From assembly GCA_040768265.1 (NCBI GenBank), contig JAXGNB010000002.1:240177-304176 (forward strand): 64,000 bases of DNA. Direction: 5' to 3'. A model generated the notes under the pieces. The model was not told where the DNA came from. It worked only from the letters and a program-made list of their open reading frames with translations, and searched no databases. Both the position numbers and the translations under genes were made by a program. This DNA comes from Anaerolineaceae bacterium (GTDB taxonomy: Bacteria > Chloroflexota > Anaerolineae > Anaerolineales > Anaerolineaceae). Shown in pieces: positions 62,797 through 64,000 of this stretch (its first letter is position 1; every line of letters begins with the position of its first letter).

Positions 62797-64000
62797 TTAT
62801 GGATTAGGACCGGTTTCATCTCCAACTGGGTTGAGGTTGGCAGCGTCATTGAGCAGCTGCTGTTCGGGGCTGACGGTATCGGTCATCATCATGCCAGCCA
62901 CATCCGTAAACAAAGTTGCCCAATCGACACGAAGCTCATCCAGAGGATCACTGCCGCTATACATGCCGATACCCGCGCGTCCACCAGTGAGAGATGCATC
63001 TGTGCCAGTCCAAACCAGGATGCCGTTGATTGTAAAGTAGATGGAACTGCCGCGGGCAAAGACCCGCAGGGTGTTCCACTCATCTCCCTGATGAATAGCA
63101 TCGGTGTAAGTCCAATTTTGAAGTGGGGTATGAACACCGCCTACGGATTTCCAAACAGAGAACATGCCACCGCGTGCGAATTGGAAAGAATAAAACTCAT
63201 ACCAATCTTTATAAGAATCAAGAGGATTCGGTATCCCGCGAATGAGCAGGTTATTGGCAAGGTGATCACTACCCAGGCGCTTCATGCGCGCGGAATAGTC
63301 CAGGTTTGTAAAAGTATCAGTATAAGATGCTGTAGACCAGAGGTTATCCAAACCGGAGGTATACAAATGTTCAGTGCCAACATACCAGTAACCAGAATGA
63401 GCCACCCAACCAGTGCCATCTCCGTTAAACTGGGAATCAAAGCCCAGAATTGTGAAGGGTCTGTTCATGATCATCGGCAAAAAGCTTTCGTAAGACCAGC
63501 GTTCGGCAGAGGTCATATAACCGCCATTCCACCCTGCAATGGCGTAGAGCACAGGTCCAATATTGGCATAGCCAAAAGTGCGCCGGGCTTCGATCATCAC
63601 TGCCGGATGGCTCGTCCAGCTGCCAGCATAACCCTGAGTTGTGTCATACACCTCACAGGTATCCAAATAGATTGACCAGCCACCCCCACAGGCATAAATG
63701 CTACTCCCTACAGCATAAGCTCCAACCCCAGCCCGCGGCTCCAGCATATGTGTGACGGTATGCCAGGCACCATCGGCAGGGTTATAGGCTTCAACATAAT
63801 TAAAGTTTGGGATCCCAGAATCTCTACCACCAATGGCATAGATCTTGCCATTGGCAGCAACGCCGGCCAGATATGCCCTGGCATATGCCATGGGTGGAAG
63901 GGTGGTCCAGCGTACACCAGCCGCTGCAGCCGGGTTATAAACATACGCGGCACTTTGGTAACCACTAGCACTGGAACCACCAAAAACATATAGCAAGCCG
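62797..64000 (-). CDS. Kelch-repeat protein with a C-terminal jelly-roll (DUF1080/LamG-like) domain; the 5' end lies outside the window
   Basis: Kelch-like blades (GKIYAIGGRD, SSIYACGGG, PVLYAIAGWNG). The C-terminal ~200 aa have the pattern FDSQFNGDGTGW...W..L.V...G....F.ING...W. The frame stays open to position 64000; the track start is a TTG. Confidence 0.75.
   Translation of the reverse strand, partial: GLLYVFGGSSASGYQSAAYVYNPAAAAGVRWTTLPPMAYARAYLAGVAANGKIYAIGGRDSGIPNFNYVEAYNPADGAWHTVTHMLEPRAGVGAYAVGSSIYACGGGWSIYLDTCEVYDTTQGYAGSWTSHPAVMIEARRTFGYANIGPVLYAIAGWNGGYMTSAERWSYESFLPMIMNRPFTILGFDSQFNGDGTGWVAHSGYWYVGTEHLYTSGLDNLWSTASYTDTFTNLDYSARMKRLGSDHLANNLLIRGIPNPLDSYKDWYEFYSFQFARGGMFSVWKSVGGVHTPLQNWTYTDAIHQGDEWNTLRVFARGSSIYFTINGILVWTGTDASLTGGRAGIGMYSGSDPLDELRVDWATLFTDVAGMMMTDTVSPEQQLLNDAANLNPVGDETGPNP

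Noticed and set aside
62791-63675. 294-aa plus-strand ORF
   Set aside because: It is antisense to the Kelch-repeat gene.

Overview
This 64-kb chromosomal window has moderate to high GC and most genes lie on the minus strand. From 1 to 19.8 kb there are housekeeping genes. They include a 3'-truncated M3 oligoendopeptidase F, a YugP-type Zn peptidase, an S41 Ctp protease, a HAD nucleotidase, a LOG protein, a CbpA-like J protein, PlsC, MscS, a hotdog thioesterase, a secreted S1C protease, xseA/xseB, a divergent PAP2 protein, murJ and a yabN/mazG fusion. From 19.8 to 36.6 kb there is a nearly complete ribosomal-protein superoperon on the minus strand: rplC-rplD-rplW-rplB-rpsS-rplV-rpsC-rplP-rpmC-rpsQ-rplN-rplX-rplE-rpsN-rpsH-rplF-rplR-rpsE-rpmD-rplO-secY-adk-map-rpmJ-rpsM-rpsK-rpsD-rpoA-rplQ-truA-rplM-rpsI. 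It has no rpsJ at its head and no infA after map. S17 carries an acidic C-terminal tail and L24 a lysine-rich one. From 36.6 to 64 kb the content looks accessory. Two IS481-family copies in direct orientation, each with its own 14-15-bp target duplication, bracket two tandem paralogous giant S8 subtilases of 1016 and 1787 aa. These are followed by a cupin, an MFS transporter, NAD(P)HX dehydratase, a DUF3592 protein, a DUF438/hemerythrin/PAS protein, a multi-zinc-ribbon protein, a 1725-aa multidomain GH13 amylase-family enzyme and a truncated Kelch-repeat protein. The most unusual non-coding signal is a family of REP-like hairpin repeats with GTAG(G) heads. They fill five intergenic regions and form a 3.7-copy, 367-bp higher-order tandem array at 11.5-12.9 kb. 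One subfamily is a 116-142-bp two-hairpin MITE-like element with GTAGGKCGGAATG terminal inverted repeats. I found no rRNA, tRNA or CRISPR array. Taxon cannot be assigned without a database search; the gene order and protein types are compatible with a Chloroflexota or Firmicutes-like lineage, which is only a guess.
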